Below are positions 1 to 9,424 of a stretch of 64,000 nt of DNA, piece by piece. The stretch's first letter is position 1; the number at the start of each line of letters is the position of its first letter. This DNA comes from a virus. Lineage: Duplodnaviria > Caudoviricetes. The notes under the pieces are model-generated. The model saw nothing but the letters and a program-made list of their open reading frames with translations, ran no database searches and was not told the DNA's origin. Location: positions 30,500-94,499 of the IMG/VR virus record IMGVR_UViG_3300025137_005870; one strand, 5' to 3'. A program made the position numbers and the translations under genes.

Positions 1-1490
1 CCTGTTGATAACTTAATACCCATATTCCACACAGCATATAATCCCGGATCTTTCTCTAGCTTTTTGTATGTAATATTATTTGGGTATTTCTTTATGTATT
101 CTTCTATAACAGTCTCTTCGTTGCCCGGAGAATTTGCATTAATCAAAATAAGTTCACATTTATCTTCAAATATGGTTTGGTTTGTTATATCTTCTAGAAA
201 CAATTTTATAAAATCATCCCCATCATAAACTGAAGTTATAATAGAAATCTTAGGCAGGTCATCTATAGAGATTAGGTGTGCTGGATCGGGGCTGTGGATC
301 AGATTTGATAGATTCCTGTGTTGTTTGGACCATCCAAATTCTTTCTTAACCCATTTTTGCAAATATTTAGCTTTTTGTAACCATTTATCATAATTTTTTC
401 TAACTTGTCTAAGACGTATTTTGTAAGAACCCTCCGTAGGATAACACCATACAGTGTCTTTTTCTAAAACGCCGGGCCACACAGCACTTTCATGAATTGG
501 TCCCAGTGTGTAATCCACGTTAGCAAAATAAGGTTTTAATTTGTTTTTCTTAGATTTTGTTTGTGCTGGTGCATATAGAAAATCGGTCTGTCCGGACCAA
601 GCTGGAGCGATGATTGGTAGTCCACTGTATGCAGCTTCAAAAAGTGGTAACCCAAATCCTTCTCCGTGTGTTAGTGAAACTAGACATTTTACTTTTGGGT
701 GTTTATACAGCGAATGTATTTCTGATTCGGACATATCACCATGTAGGAGATAAACTTTGCATTTTCTTTCTTCAATCTCTGGTATTGATTGAGATACTAC
801 CTCTTCAATATATTCCCTATCTACAACAGAGTTATTTTTTAAACTAGTTTTTAAAATAAGTCCTACTTCTTGATCATGGTTCTCTTCAACAAACCATCTA
901 ATGAGGTTTGCCATATTTTTTCTCGGACCCCACTGTGAGATAGCCAAATAGTTAAAATCATGCTCAAGATTTAGAGAGATCTCAGCAGCCTCATGGTCTT
1001 TTACGGGATATCCAGCAATGTCAACTGGTGTCTCACATCGTAAATGTACAGGGGCACCTGTCTCACTATTGTGCCCTTGGTACTCAGTCATAACAAAACC
1101 ATTCTTTGCATGCTCAGAAATGGTGATAATCCTATCCATCTCATTACATTTTTGTAACCAAACAGATGAAACTTTATTTGTTTCAATGCCGGCTGTAACA
1201 CCAATATTAATTGAGGCAATTTTTTGCCATTCATTGGGTATGGTAACTTGAACAGATATATCATATGGTAAATTTTGTTGCAGGTGGCGTGCGCCGGCAA
1301 ATACTTTAGAATCAATCCATTCTCTTTCCTCATTATCAATAGCTAACCAACCTGTCTCTCCCCATCCAGTTGGTAAGATATGAATATCTAGTTCTGACTC
1401 CTGTAGCCGAAGGGCGCGCAGAACAAAGCGAGTGTGCTCGCCGTATCCTGATTGTGAAAGCGCCGGGCCTCTAACTAATACTTTTTTCAC
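1..1490 (-). CDS. Glycosyltransferase, GT4-like domain fused to GT2-like domain (runs off the left edge)
   Basis: Absent from the ORF track, consistent with no stop inside the window. GTG at 1490 gives MKKVLVRGPALSQSGYGEH, then HGEGFGLPLFEAAYSGLPII (GT-B) and in-frame LPKISIITSVYDGDDFI...GLYAVWNMGI (GT-A). Confidence 0.8.
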   Translation of the reverse strand, partial: MKKVLVRGPALSQSGYGEHTRFVLRALRLQESELDIHILPTGWGETGWLAIDNEEREWIDSKVFAGARHLQQNLPYDISVQVTIPNEWQKIASINIGVTAGIETNKVSSVWLQKCNEMDRIITISEHAKNGFVMTEYQGHNSETGAPVHLRCETPVDIAGYPVKDHEAAEISLNLEHDFNYLAISQWGPRKNMANLIRWFVEENHDQEVGLILKTSLKNNSVVDREYIEEVVSQSIPEIEERKCKVYLLHGDMSESEIHSLYKHPKVKCLVSLTHGEGFGLPLFEAAYSGLPIIAPAWSGQTDFLYAPAQTKSKKNKLKPYFANVDYTLGPIHESAVWPGVLEKDTVWCYPTEGSYKIRLRQVRKNYDKWLQKAKYLQKWVKKEFGWSKQHRNLSNLIHSPDPAHLISIDDLPKISIITSVYDGDDFIKLFLEDITNQTIFEDKCELILINANSPGNEETVIEEYIKKYPNNITYKKLEKDPGLYAVWNMGIKLST

Positions 1491-2755
1491 GATACCTCCT
1501 TGAGTTCCCAAGACTTGTAACCTTTTCTGGTTTCCCAAGAACCTAATCTGTTTGTAATGTCATCAATAAGGTTTAACCACTTTTCTTGAAAACCTTTGTA
1601 ATCATAATTCATCCTTACATGCTGGATTCCTTTTTGCCCCATCGCTTCTCTCTCTTCTTTAGACATATTGTAGAAAGTTCTAAGAGAATCAATAAAATCT
1701 TTCTCACTTATTCTATCTTCATAAATGTATGGGACCGTCTGGGATCCAATCAGAGCCTTGGCTGATGGCTCAATCCCGATACCAAACCATTCATTACCAT
1801 CAGTTACTTGTTCTTGGAGGCCTCCTGTCATATTAACAATAATAGGTGTTCCACAGGACAGTGATTCAAGAGTGGCCAAACCAAAACCTTCGGCGTCCGA
1901 AATATTAATCGTGCAATCTGCCATATTATACATCATTGAAAGACCTTCTGCTGGCATTTTATTAGTAGATAATACTACGCGGCCGTCTGTTATATTCATA
2001 TCTTCGATCATCTGGCGGAGATCTTGTCCGTTGGGGTCTTTTGGATCTGTATGCATTATTAGACAAACATTTTCTGGGCCCACTTCTTCTGCAAATTTAT
2101 TAAACCAGTGTAAGAGAGTGCCTGAGTGCTTACGACGTGCATTTCTATTGTTCCAAAAAAATACTGTGCGGCCTGCATGATCTGGGAAAGTTTCTTTGAT
2201 AAAACTGTCTACCTGATCTTGTTCGATTTTATAAAATATTTTATCATTTACAGCATGAGGAATATAATGATTCTCCACTTCAGGGGCTACTTTATTTACT
2301 ATATCGTGGGTTACTTTTGAGATAGACGCTACCACATCTGTAGAACGATACCATTTAGCATTGAACTTAGGCGGCGGATAGTTGTCCCATACATGATAAT
2401 AAACCATCGGTATAAGAGGTCGTACTTCATTTTCAATCTGCCACAGCCAGCCATAAAATCTTGGATCTGTCATAAACCAAAGTACATCTGGTTTCTCAGT
2501 CCACAAAATCGATCGAATACTTTCCGCTGATCCATATCCATCTACTGGGTACACAACCCAATCTTTTTCGCCCCATCTCTCATCTGAAATGAACTGTGGT
2601 TCATAACTTGGATGTTTAATCGCGCCTCCAAAACAAATAAAACGATATTTACCAGTTAAAATTAGTGTTTCAATAAAATTTTTAGTTTGGGTACCAACAC
2701 CAGATGGTGCCATAGGGTGATCTGCTAGGACTAGGATTGTCTTTTTCTTATTCAT
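1487..2755 (-). CDS. GT4-family glycosyltransferase
   Basis: AEGFGLATLESLSCGTPII motif; NRNARRK. Confidence 0.9.
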   Translation of the reverse strand: MNKKKTILVLADHPMAPSGVGTQTKNFIETLILTGKYRFICFGGAIKHPSYEPQFISDERWGEKDWVVYPVDGYGSAESIRSILWTEKPDVLWFMTDPRFYGWLWQIENEVRPLIPMVYYHVWDNYPPPKFNAKWYRSTDVVASISKVTHDIVNKVAPEVENHYIPHAVNDKIFYKIEQDQVDSFIKETFPDHAGRTVFFWNNRNARRKHSGTLLHWFNKFAEEVGPENVCLIMHTDPKDPNGQDLRQMIEDMNITDGRVVLSTNKMPAEGLSMMYNMADCTINISDAEGFGLATLESLSCGTPIIVNMTGGLQEQVTDGNEWFGIGIEPSAKALIGSQTVPYIYEDRISEKDFIDSLRTFYNMSKEEREAMGQKGIQHVRMNYDYKGFQEKWLNLIDDITNRLGSWETRKGYKSWELKEVS

Positions 2756-2762
2756 TTAAACC

Positions 2763-3527
2763 TCATCTGCAATGTTCTGTTTTATAGAAATCGCAGTATT
2801 TACAAGATAATCTATTCTTAATAGAAATCTTTCTCTTTATATTAATAACCGCTTTTTCGAGGAATGTCAAGGCATTTTTTACTTTTATTTGCCCGCTTGT
2901 AACTCGAAAAATCTCTGTGTTGTTCTTTTTGGCTGTTCTCTTGAGCAAACCAAAATGTGTCTCGATCTTGTCGATCGGGATGTTATGTTTCTTACCCCAG
3001 AAAACTTTGTATAGGGTTAACTGGTAGTTGATGATCTTATCAGCCTTCTTTCTGGCGTCCCAGCCCCACCCACAAGTCTTCCAGTCAAGGATATGATACT
3101 TACCATCCTTAGTCTTGACAACGAGGTCTATGAAGCCTTTAAACTTCAAATCGTGCCCTTCAATGTCTTCATAAAGCATTTCTTCTGTGGAGATAACCTC
3201 ACAGTCCTCAAAGTAGTTATCTAGTTCCTCACGAAACGACGAAACGATGGGCGCGTACTGGCCCATCATTTGCTCTCGTAGGGTCTTGTCGATCTCCACT
3301 TCTTTCTTTTCTAATGAAACGATTTCTTTTTCGAACTCTTCCAGAAAGTGTTTCTCTCTGTCTAGATCTTCATTTAGAAGCCCGTGTTCACAAACACTGT
3401 GGATCGCGGTCCCAAAAGCAGTGTGTAGGTTGCCTTTGAAGCCTGCGATTCTTTCAACGTATTGAAGTCGGTGTTTGTGTGGGCATTCGTTCCAAGTTTT
3501 TATCTCTGAATAAGAGACATGCGCCAT
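2763..3527 (-). CDS. PD-(D/E)XK nuclease, RecB/Cas4-like with 1+3 Cys
   Basis: SYSEIKTWNECP, GTAIH, GFIDLV...ILDWKT, QLTLY, CKYC...C. Confidence 0.85.
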   Translation of the reverse strand: MAHVSYSEIKTWNECPHKHRLQYVERIAGFKGNLHTAFGTAIHSVCEHGLLNEDLDREKHFLEEFEKEIVSLEKKEVEIDKTLREQMMGQYAPIVSSFREELDNYFEDCEVISTEEMLYEDIEGHDLKFKGFIDLVVKTKDGKYHILDWKTCGWGWDARKKADKIINYQLTLYKVFWGKKHNIPIDKIETHFGLLKRTAKKNNTEIFRVTSGQIKVKNALTFLEKAVINIKRKISIKNRLSCKYCDFYKTEHCR

Positions 3528-3854
3528 TTATTCCTCAGTCGAGACCTTTTTAGCACGCCGTCGTTGCGTAGTCTTTGGTTTCTCTTCTTTTAATATAACC
3601 TGTTTTTTAGGTTTGTCAACTGATTTCTTTTCAAAAATCCAAGTCCCGGATAACAATGACAAATTCCAGTTTTTTAACGTTGGATTTTGTATGCAGTTAC
3701 CAAAAGATTTTTTGTGACTTTTTAAAATCTCAATTGCGTCTGCTAGGACAAATTTTCTTTTCCTGATGTTCTCTCGATCATTTTTTTCATATAATTCGAT
3801 ATAAACTTCAAAAGTGTCTTTATTTTCTCTAACTTCTGTATTTTTAATGCTCAT
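3528..3854 (-). CDS. Hypothetical protein
   Basis: Packed ORF with GAAGGAG SD and an upstream CTATTTATT motif. Confidence 0.6.
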   Translation of the reverse strand: MSIKNTEVRENKDTFEVYIELYEKNDRENIRKRKFVLADAIEILKSHKKSFGNCIQNPTLKNWNLSLLSGTWIFEKKSVDKPKKQVILKEEKPKTTQRRRAKKVSTEE

Positions 3855-4536
3855 CTGTGATCACTCCTTCTATTTTAATAAATAGTTGCGGACTAACTCT
3901 CTTTAATATTTCTCTGTCACCTAAATAATAGTTTTCAACGCCAGAGGCCCAATATTCTCTCAAACTCGTTATTGAATAAGGGCTATAAAACAACCCATTA
4001 GTTAAAGTTCTTAATTTGGGGTAACCTATATCTTGATACAAAAACATATCAAAATCTAGATCATACTCTGTATTTGAGAAATCATGTAAGATTTCTGTGT
4101 CTTGTGCAAGTAGAAGATCTTTTAGGCGCCGTCTTTTACCAAGAAACTCAGTATGAAGAGATCCATCCGCATAAATGTAGTGCCCCTCTGCTACTTCTAG
4201 AGAGTGGGCCATTTCGTGCAAAATGTTTTCTAACAAATCTCTACTATTTATGATTTTATTACTAATATATATCGCGCCATCTTTGTACAATGCTTCTAAG
4301 TCTCTTATCTCTAAAAAATCAAAAGTACCAACAATTATAGTATCCACTTCTTCAAATAAATGAGGCGGTATATTTTGTTCTAAATAATTTATTGCATCTT
4401 GAGTATCAACATCACCAACAAATGGTTCCTGCACATATAATAGTTTCCCAAACAGACGATATTCTTTTCGTAAAACCTTTTGGTCCAGTAAAGATCTTTT
4501 TATTATATCTTCAATATTGAGTCTATTTTTATCCAT
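3844..4536 (-). CDS. Zincin-like metalloprotein (HExxH)
   Basis: ILHEMAHSLE ... LREYWA. Confidence 0.6.
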   Translation of the reverse strand: MDKNRLNIEDIIKRSLLDQKVLRKEYRLFGKLLYVQEPFVGDVDTQDAINYLEQNIPPHLFEEVDTIIVGTFDFLEIRDLEALYKDGAIYISNKIINSRDLLENILHEMAHSLEVAEGHYIYADGSLHTEFLGKRRRLKDLLLAQDTEILHDFSNTEYDLDFDMFLYQDIGYPKLRTLTNGLFYSPYSITSLREYWASGVENYYLGDREILKRVSPQLFIKIEGVITDEH

Positions 4537-4855
4537 TTTCTTCAGATTTGACCATTTCTTGGCCGGCTTCTAAATCTGCAAAAGCCTGACGATATCCTCT
4601 AATAAAGTTTTCTTCCGCTAAGGCCATTACAAACTCTGGAAATTCTTCCGCCATTAGATCTACTATCATTTCAACAGTAATATTGCCATCCCACTCATAT
4701 TCCTTGCCTGTATCTATCTTAAAACGAATCATTTCTTGTTCGAATTTCTGGCCAACATAATCAACAAGCCAAACCTTCATTGGAGAATCAGGGGTAACGT
4801 TTTTGAATATTTCACTTTCTTTAGCAATTTCACTTTCTCTATCAGCAACTTGCAT
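4529..4855 (-). CDS. Hypothetical protein
   Basis: AAGGAG SD; sigma70-like promoter immediately upstream. Confidence 0.7.
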   Translation of the reverse strand: MQVADRESEIAKESEIFKNVTPDSPMKVWLVDYVGQKFEQEMIRFKIDTGKEYEWDGNITVEMIVDLMAEEFPEFVMALAEENFIRGYRQAFADLEAGQEMVKSEENG

Positions 4856-4876
4856 AATAATCTCCTTTCATATTAT

Positions 4877-4905
4877 ATTATAACCACATTATGGTCTCAT
4901 GTCAA
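4877..4905 (-). promoter_or_regulatory. sigma70-like promoter
   Basis: TTGACA-17nt-TATAAT on the minus strand. Confidence 0.75.
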
Positions 4906-4913
4906 GGATAAAT

Positions 4914-6269
4914 TTATAAAACCTTTGCTGCCAACGTTGCAACCTTAGATCTTTCACCTTTTCTCAGTGTAATGTGGCCTGTAATTTCGTGCGCTTTCAT
5001 CTTTTCGACGGCGTGAGTCAAGCCAGAAGACATCTCATTAATGTAGATGTTATCTATCTGCTCTACGTCGCCCGTGAGGACGATCTTTGTCCCTTCCCCT
5101 ACTCGGGTTAGGATAGTCTTGATCTCGTGCGCTGTGAGGTTCTGAGCCTCATCTATGACGATGAATGCGTTGGCAATAGAACGACCACGGATATATGTGA
5201 GTGCTTCAATCTCAATCAGACCTCGTTGCATATAATCTTCAAGTGTCGTTTGATCATCACCTGTCAAAAACTTCAAGTTATCCTGAACTGGTGCTAGCCA
5301 AGGGGCCATTTTTTCTTCAAGAGAACCGGGCAAGAAGCCAATGTCTTTACCCATAGGCATAACTGGGCGGGATACAACCAGCTTTTTGTATGGAGTGCGA
5401 CAGTATGAATCGTCTTTTAACTTATCTTTGATGTTAAGATTTGAAACAACCTGCTCCAACCCAGCGGCGATCGCCATAAGGGTTTTACCCGAGCCGGCTT
5501 TGCCTACGAGGGATACCACCTCGATGCTGGGATCCATTAAAAGGTCCAGTGCAAAGGTTTGTTCCTTGTTTCGCGCTTTGACACCCCAAAGACCGTCTTT
5601 AAAGTTTAAAACTTCCTCTAATGGGCTCATATAATCAGAAAAACGGCATAAAGCAGTCTTTTTTTCGTTTGAACTGGACACCAGCATAACAAACTCATTG
5701 GGGCAGATACCCCTATGTTCCTCTGGATCTAGGTAAACCGGGTCATTTTGATAGAAGAAATCAACCTCTTGGTCGTCTACTAAGCAAGACCGGAAGCCAG
5801 TAAAGAGGTCAGATTCTTTCTTAATGACCTCATTTTCCCTATAATCCTCACTTAAAAGACCTATTGCATCGCAAATGACACGCATATTGATGTCTCGACT
5901 GACAACAATAGTTTTTCTGGCGCCGTTGTTCTGGTCTTCCCCAATAGCAGTTGAAATAATCTCGTGATCAGGCACAGATTTATCTAAATCGTTAGGTAAA
6001 GCGGTCAAATTATGGCTGACCACTCTAAGAATACCTTTTCCTTTGCCTAGTCGGACACCTTTTTGCAAGGATCCTTTTGCTCTCAATTCATCAAAGGACC
6101 GAATTATTTTTCTTGCATTAATACCAACACTGTCTTGTCGTTTTTTGTGTTTATCAATCTCTTCAAGAACTTTCAATGGTATTACAATGTCATTGTTAGC
6201 AAAATTATTTATACAGTCCGCATCCGTCAAACAAGCACTTGTATCAAGCACATAAGTTTTTTTTGCCAT
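4914..6269 (-). CDS. phoH: PIN-domain PhoH-family ATPase (PhoH2/YlaK-like)
   Basis: N-terminal PIN YVLDTS; Walker A GKAGSGKT; GFLPG; YIRGRS; IDEAQN; GDVEQID. Confidence 0.92.
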   Translation of the reverse strand: MAKKTYVLDTSACLTDADCINNFANNDIVIPLKVLEEIDKHKKRQDSVGINARKIIRSFDELRAKGSLQKGVRLGKGKGILRVVSHNLTALPNDLDKSVPDHEIISTAIGEDQNNGARKTIVVSRDINMRVICDAIGLLSEDYRENEVIKKESDLFTGFRSCLVDDQEVDFFYQNDPVYLDPEEHRGICPNEFVMLVSSSNEKKTALCRFSDYMSPLEEVLNFKDGLWGVKARNKEQTFALDLLMDPSIEVVSLVGKAGSGKTLMAIAAGLEQVVSNLNIKDKLKDDSYCRTPYKKLVVSRPVMPMGKDIGFLPGSLEEKMAPWLAPVQDNLKFLTGDDQTTLEDYMQRGLIEIEALTYIRGRSIANAFIVIDEAQNLTAHEIKTILTRVGEGTKIVLTGDVEQIDNIYINEMSSGLTHAVEKMKAHEITGHITLRKGERSKVATLAAKVL

Positions 6270-6323
6270 ATTGCTTTGCCTCTTTTAGAACCCTTATGGG
6301 GTCATTAGTAAGTAGTCTGAAAC

Positions 6324-6355
6324 AAAAGAACCCGCCTCAATCGAGACGGGTTCTT
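6324..6355 (-). terminator. Rho-independent terminator
   Basis: AAGAACCCGTCTC...GAGGCGGGTTCTT stem followed by TTGTTT on the minus strand. Confidence 0.7.
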
Positions 6356-6438
6356 GGGATAAATTGAGACACCTATGAGTTACTAACCTTTCTCTCAGTT
6401 TTCACTACCCCGTGCCTCCCTGCGGGTTGGGGGGGACC

Positions 6439-6897
6439 TTAGTAGGCTACTTGGTTACGCCATTTTTCTAAATCTTTAGCTCTTTTTTTTTGTGTTGCGC
6501 TTATGACCATAGAGGAACTGCTTTGGATTTTACCGCCGCCAATGCCCCAGATCATTTCAATACCATTCTCCCTACAAAATCTAGCCTCTGGTGTGTTGAC
6601 ATTCTCTCTGTCGCCACCGTTAGCAAAAATGTCAGGCCTCAACTCATCCAAGGAGGCCACAACTGTTCTATCTTCATCTTTTGCCATTACGACGTGATCC
6701 ACAAAGTCGTAGGCACCAATAAGTTCGGCTCGCTCTTCCCAAGGCATAAAAACATAACCTTTCTTGCGAAGTAGCCAATCATCTGAATTCACAATAACAA
6801 GCAGCTTTCCGTGTTGTGCTGCGTCCTGCATCATACGGAGGTGTCCAACGTGGACAGGATCAAATCCTCCCGATACAGCGATTACTTTCTCACCCAT
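6439..6897 (-). CDS. HxGH-family cytidylyl/adenylyltransferase
   Basis: SGGFDPVHVGH, VNSDDWLLRKKG, QSSS; likely start MGEK at 6897. Confidence 0.88.
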   Translation of the reverse strand: MGEKVIAVSGGFDPVHVGHLRMMQDAAQHGKLLVIVNSDDWLLRKKGYVFMPWEERAELIGAYDFVDHVVMAKDEDRTVVASLDELRPDIFANGGDRENVNTPEARFCRENGIEMIWGIGGGKIQSSSSMVISATQKKRAKDLEKWRNQVAY

Positions 6898-7063
6898 AAA
6901 TCCTCTCTTGTAGACACTCTTGAATCTGTAACACTCTTCCCGCATCTGGTGAACCCAGTGCAGTCTCAAATATATAGTAACTAGTAATGGTCGCTACAAT
7001 AGCGCCGAAAACTACTCCCGTTGCAAATCCTATGTATCCTGCTCCTAACTTTTTAACATTCAT
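6890..7063 (-). CDS. Small membrane protein
   Basis: Gly-rich TM helix; GAGGGG SD; upstream TTGACA...TATACT. Confidence 0.55.
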   Translation of the reverse strand: MNVKKLGAGYIGFATGVVFGAIVATITSYYIFETALGSPDAGRVLQIQECLQERIYG

Positions 7064-7137
7064 AGCCGAAGTTCCCCCTCGACTATAACTAGTATAACAA
7101 ACCACCGTGTGCTTGTCAAATAATTTTTATCAAAATG

Positions 7138-7452
7138 TTAGATTTTTTCTGCTTTGCAACCTTTTGGTAGGTAAGACTTAGGTTTTTTCTTGTATTCTTT
7201 AAGTGGTGGCTGCACCCATTTGGAGTACGGACAAAATATTTTATGATCGCTTTTATCTTGTAAGAACATCTCTAAACCAACAATGTCGTTTTTGAGGTCT
7301 TTAGAGGCCTTCTCACAATCCGTAGGCTTTTGAGGGGCCGGTTCCTCTTCCGTGTCAACAGAATGGCTCACAAACACATCAGAAGGCCCGTAAGAGGCAA
7401 CACTAGTTGGGGCGAGCAAAAGAAAAAATAAGATCGGTCCTCGAACCATCAT
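7138..7452 (-). CDS. Secreted hypothetical protein
   Basis: Signal-peptide-like N-terminus; ATGA overlap with the upstream gene. Confidence 0.55.
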   Translation of the reverse strand: MMVRGPILFFLLLAPTSVASYGPSDVFVSHSVDTEEEPAPQKPTDCEKASKDLKNDIVGLEMFLQDKSDHKIFCPYSKWVQPPLKEYKKKPKSYLPKGCKAEKI

Positions 7453-7721
7453 ATCTTAGACACCAGTGTTTCGATACGACCAAGAGTTTGTTTCATATAC
7501 TCAATATCTTTTTCAATTGAAATAATTGCCTTAGAGTTTGTGTCAGCCTCTGACAATTTCTTTTCTATTACAACCACCATGTTCTCAGCATCGCCAAGAT
7601 CATTTTGTAGTTGAGCAAGCGCAACATTTGTATTCCAAACCCAGCCAGCAAGTGGCATTATAATCACACCTAAGACAACTGTGAACACCTTCCACATCTT
7701 TTCGCCTAAGTTTACGGCCAT
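7449..7721 (-). CDS. TM plus coiled-coil protein
   Basis: One TM helix then heptad pattern; GGAGG SD. Confidence 0.65.
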   Translation of the reverse strand: MAVNLGEKMWKVFTVVLGVIIMPLAGWVWNTNVALAQLQNDLGDAENMVVVIEKKLSEADTNSKAIISIEKDIEYMKQTLGRIETLVSKI

Positions 7722-7753
7722 AATAAAGCCCTCCGTCTTCCATTAATAAGTAG

Positions 7754-7981
7754 TTAGCAAAGTTCTAAATTGTCTACTGTTTCCATACATCTGTATCGTT
7801 TTCCTTTTATTAAAAACTGCACTGCAATGTATCCCTCAATGACCAGAGGGCCACCGGGGAACTGTGTGAACTTTGGGTCTCCTATGGTGTACCAGCCATT
7901 TGATAAGACTGTTCCGCACCTTTTGGAGCCCTTGCATTTGACTCGCTGCCCTCGTTTAAAAGGACATTTCTTTTTTTTCAT
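7754..7981 (-). CDS. Small SH3/KOW-like protein
   Basis: FKRGQRV...G...V.F...LEL pattern. Confidence 0.5.
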   Translation of the reverse strand: MKKKKCPFKRGQRVKCKGSKRCGTVLSNGWYTIGDPKFTQFPGGPLVIEGYIAVQFLIKGKRYRCMETVDNLELC

Positions 7982-7984
7982 TTA

Positions 7985-8857
7985 TTAGCTTGAAAATCCT
8001 GAGTTTGTCCCTGCAAATACATTGTCAGTCATAAAGCCAGATGTTGTAGTTCTTGATAAACCGCCGCCAGTATTAATTCTGTTGTTGTCAAGAGCATACT
8101 CAATGTGGAGTATTGGAGCGTTTGCGGTATCGTTTTTTATTTTGACGGACGAGATGCTGGAGGATCGCGGTCGTGTCATAAAGTTGCTCTTTTCCAAAGA
8201 TAATGGGTGGAGGCCAACCATACCATAAACTCCTTTATTACGCATTGTTATTTCTAACTGCTGTAACATTGGGGCGGATAACTTAAACTCGTATCTTCCG
8301 TCAGCAGGGCTTAGGCCGGAGGTCATTCGCTGGGGGTTAGTAAGAAATTGGGTTGCAATTTTGCCAGAGGGATCTGAGTCCCTAGGATCTTGTTTCTGAT
8401 TATGACCTAAAATATTTCTTATGTGCAGAGCGTTTGACGCTGGTTTGAAATCACCGTTTCTATCTATCTCAAACTCCACATTCGGAATACACCCAAAATA
8501 ATAGAGGGCAAGCTGAGGAGTATTGAAGCCATAAAAGTCAGCCGAGAATGTGGCACTAAGAACTCTTTTTACATTATTGACTGGTTTCTCTGCACGTCCA
8601 GATATGTCGGCGCGACCCGTATTATTCAACCGAAAATCAAAACCTATAAAAGGCAAAGATAAGGAAGCTTCTCGGTCTAGGGTGAGACTGAAAGCAGTAA
8701 AACTAGTTCCTGTACCAATGCCAGTGGGATTAACATCACCGGCACCATCCCATATAGCTCCGGCGTCCGCTTGTCTGCCCTCGCCGTATGCTGCACGGCG
8801 CATTACCTCTACTGAATAGGTTAGCCCGTCTGATTTAATGTTTTGTATTCTTGCCAT
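7985..8857 (-). CDS. Putative virion structural protein
   Basis: G/S/T/N-rich, beta-rich composition; P-x-L-x-I-E-Y end motif; strong SD. Confidence 0.55.
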   Translation of the reverse strand: MARIQNIKSDGLTYSVEVMRRAAYGEGRQADAGAIWDGAGDVNPTGIGTGTSFTAFSLTLDREASLSLPFIGFDFRLNNTGRADISGRAEKPVNNVKRVLSATFSADFYGFNTPQLALYYFGCIPNVEFEIDRNGDFKPASNALHIRNILGHNQKQDPRDSDPSGKIATQFLTNPQRMTSGLSPADGRYEFKLSAPMLQQLEITMRNKGVYGMVGLHPLSLEKSNFMTRPRSSSISSVKIKNDTANAPILHIEYALDNNRINTGGGLSRTTTSGFMTDNVFAGTNSGFSS

Positions 8858-8914
8858 AAGAAAACCCTCCTACGCTGTAAATAGTACCAAATACAACATA
8901 GGAGGGCAAAAAAA

Positions 8915-9227
8915 TGGAGACGGTGGGAATTGAACCCACGTCCGAAATAATTTCCAATTCAAGTCATCCACAGGCTTGGGAGATTTTTCAAAATCAACAA
9001 AACTTTTCTGATCTTACTGTGACCAGAGACAGGTTCTTGTTTGATTTTTACAACTGATCTGTTGTTTTGATTAGATTGGATAGAAGGCTCTAATCAGCCT
9101 CCCGATTAAGCAGCTTGTGCTAAAACGAAATTGTTGTTATTGGCAACTAATTGTTTTTGATTTTTTAAGTCATCACGACTGCCTGCACTATCCTCTTTTA
9201 TCACTCCGTCGAATCCTGAACGTCCCC
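8915..9227 (-). ncRNA. ssrA: tmRNA; tag peptide ANNNNFVLAQAA* at 9106-9144
   Basis: 5' GGGGACG pairs with 3' CGTCTCC-A and contains G3:U70; GATTCGAC; T-arm GTGGGTTCAATTCCCAC; internal tag ending AA-stop. Confidence 0.95.
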
Positions 9228-9234
9228 GTAATTC

Positions 9235-9372
9235 TTACAGCACTTGAAATGTTTGTTCAACGTATGTTGTTAGCGATGAAGCACCAATATAAAATACACT
9301 GATTAGTATTGTAAAAAACACACCGTATTCTATAGTCGTAGCTCCGCTCTCGTCCTTTGCGAACGTAAACAT
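9235..9372 (-). CDS. Flp/Fap (Tad, type IVc) pilin-like protein, 45 aa
   Basis: Below the ORF-track cutoff. MFTFAKDESG|ATTIEYGVFFTILISVFYIGASSLTTYVEQTFQVL; AAGGAG SD. Confidence 0.8.
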   Translation of the reverse strand: MFTFAKDESGATTIEYGVFFTILISVFYIGASSLTTYVEQTFQVL

Positions 9373-9424
9373 AATGACTCTCCTTTTTTTACACCCCCCA
9401 TTGGGTGTCACTTAAATAGTTCTA

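Noticed and set aside
2763-3527. Cas4 as evidence of a CRISPR system
   Set aside because: Solo Cas4/RecB-like nucleases are common in phages, and there is no array or other cas gene.
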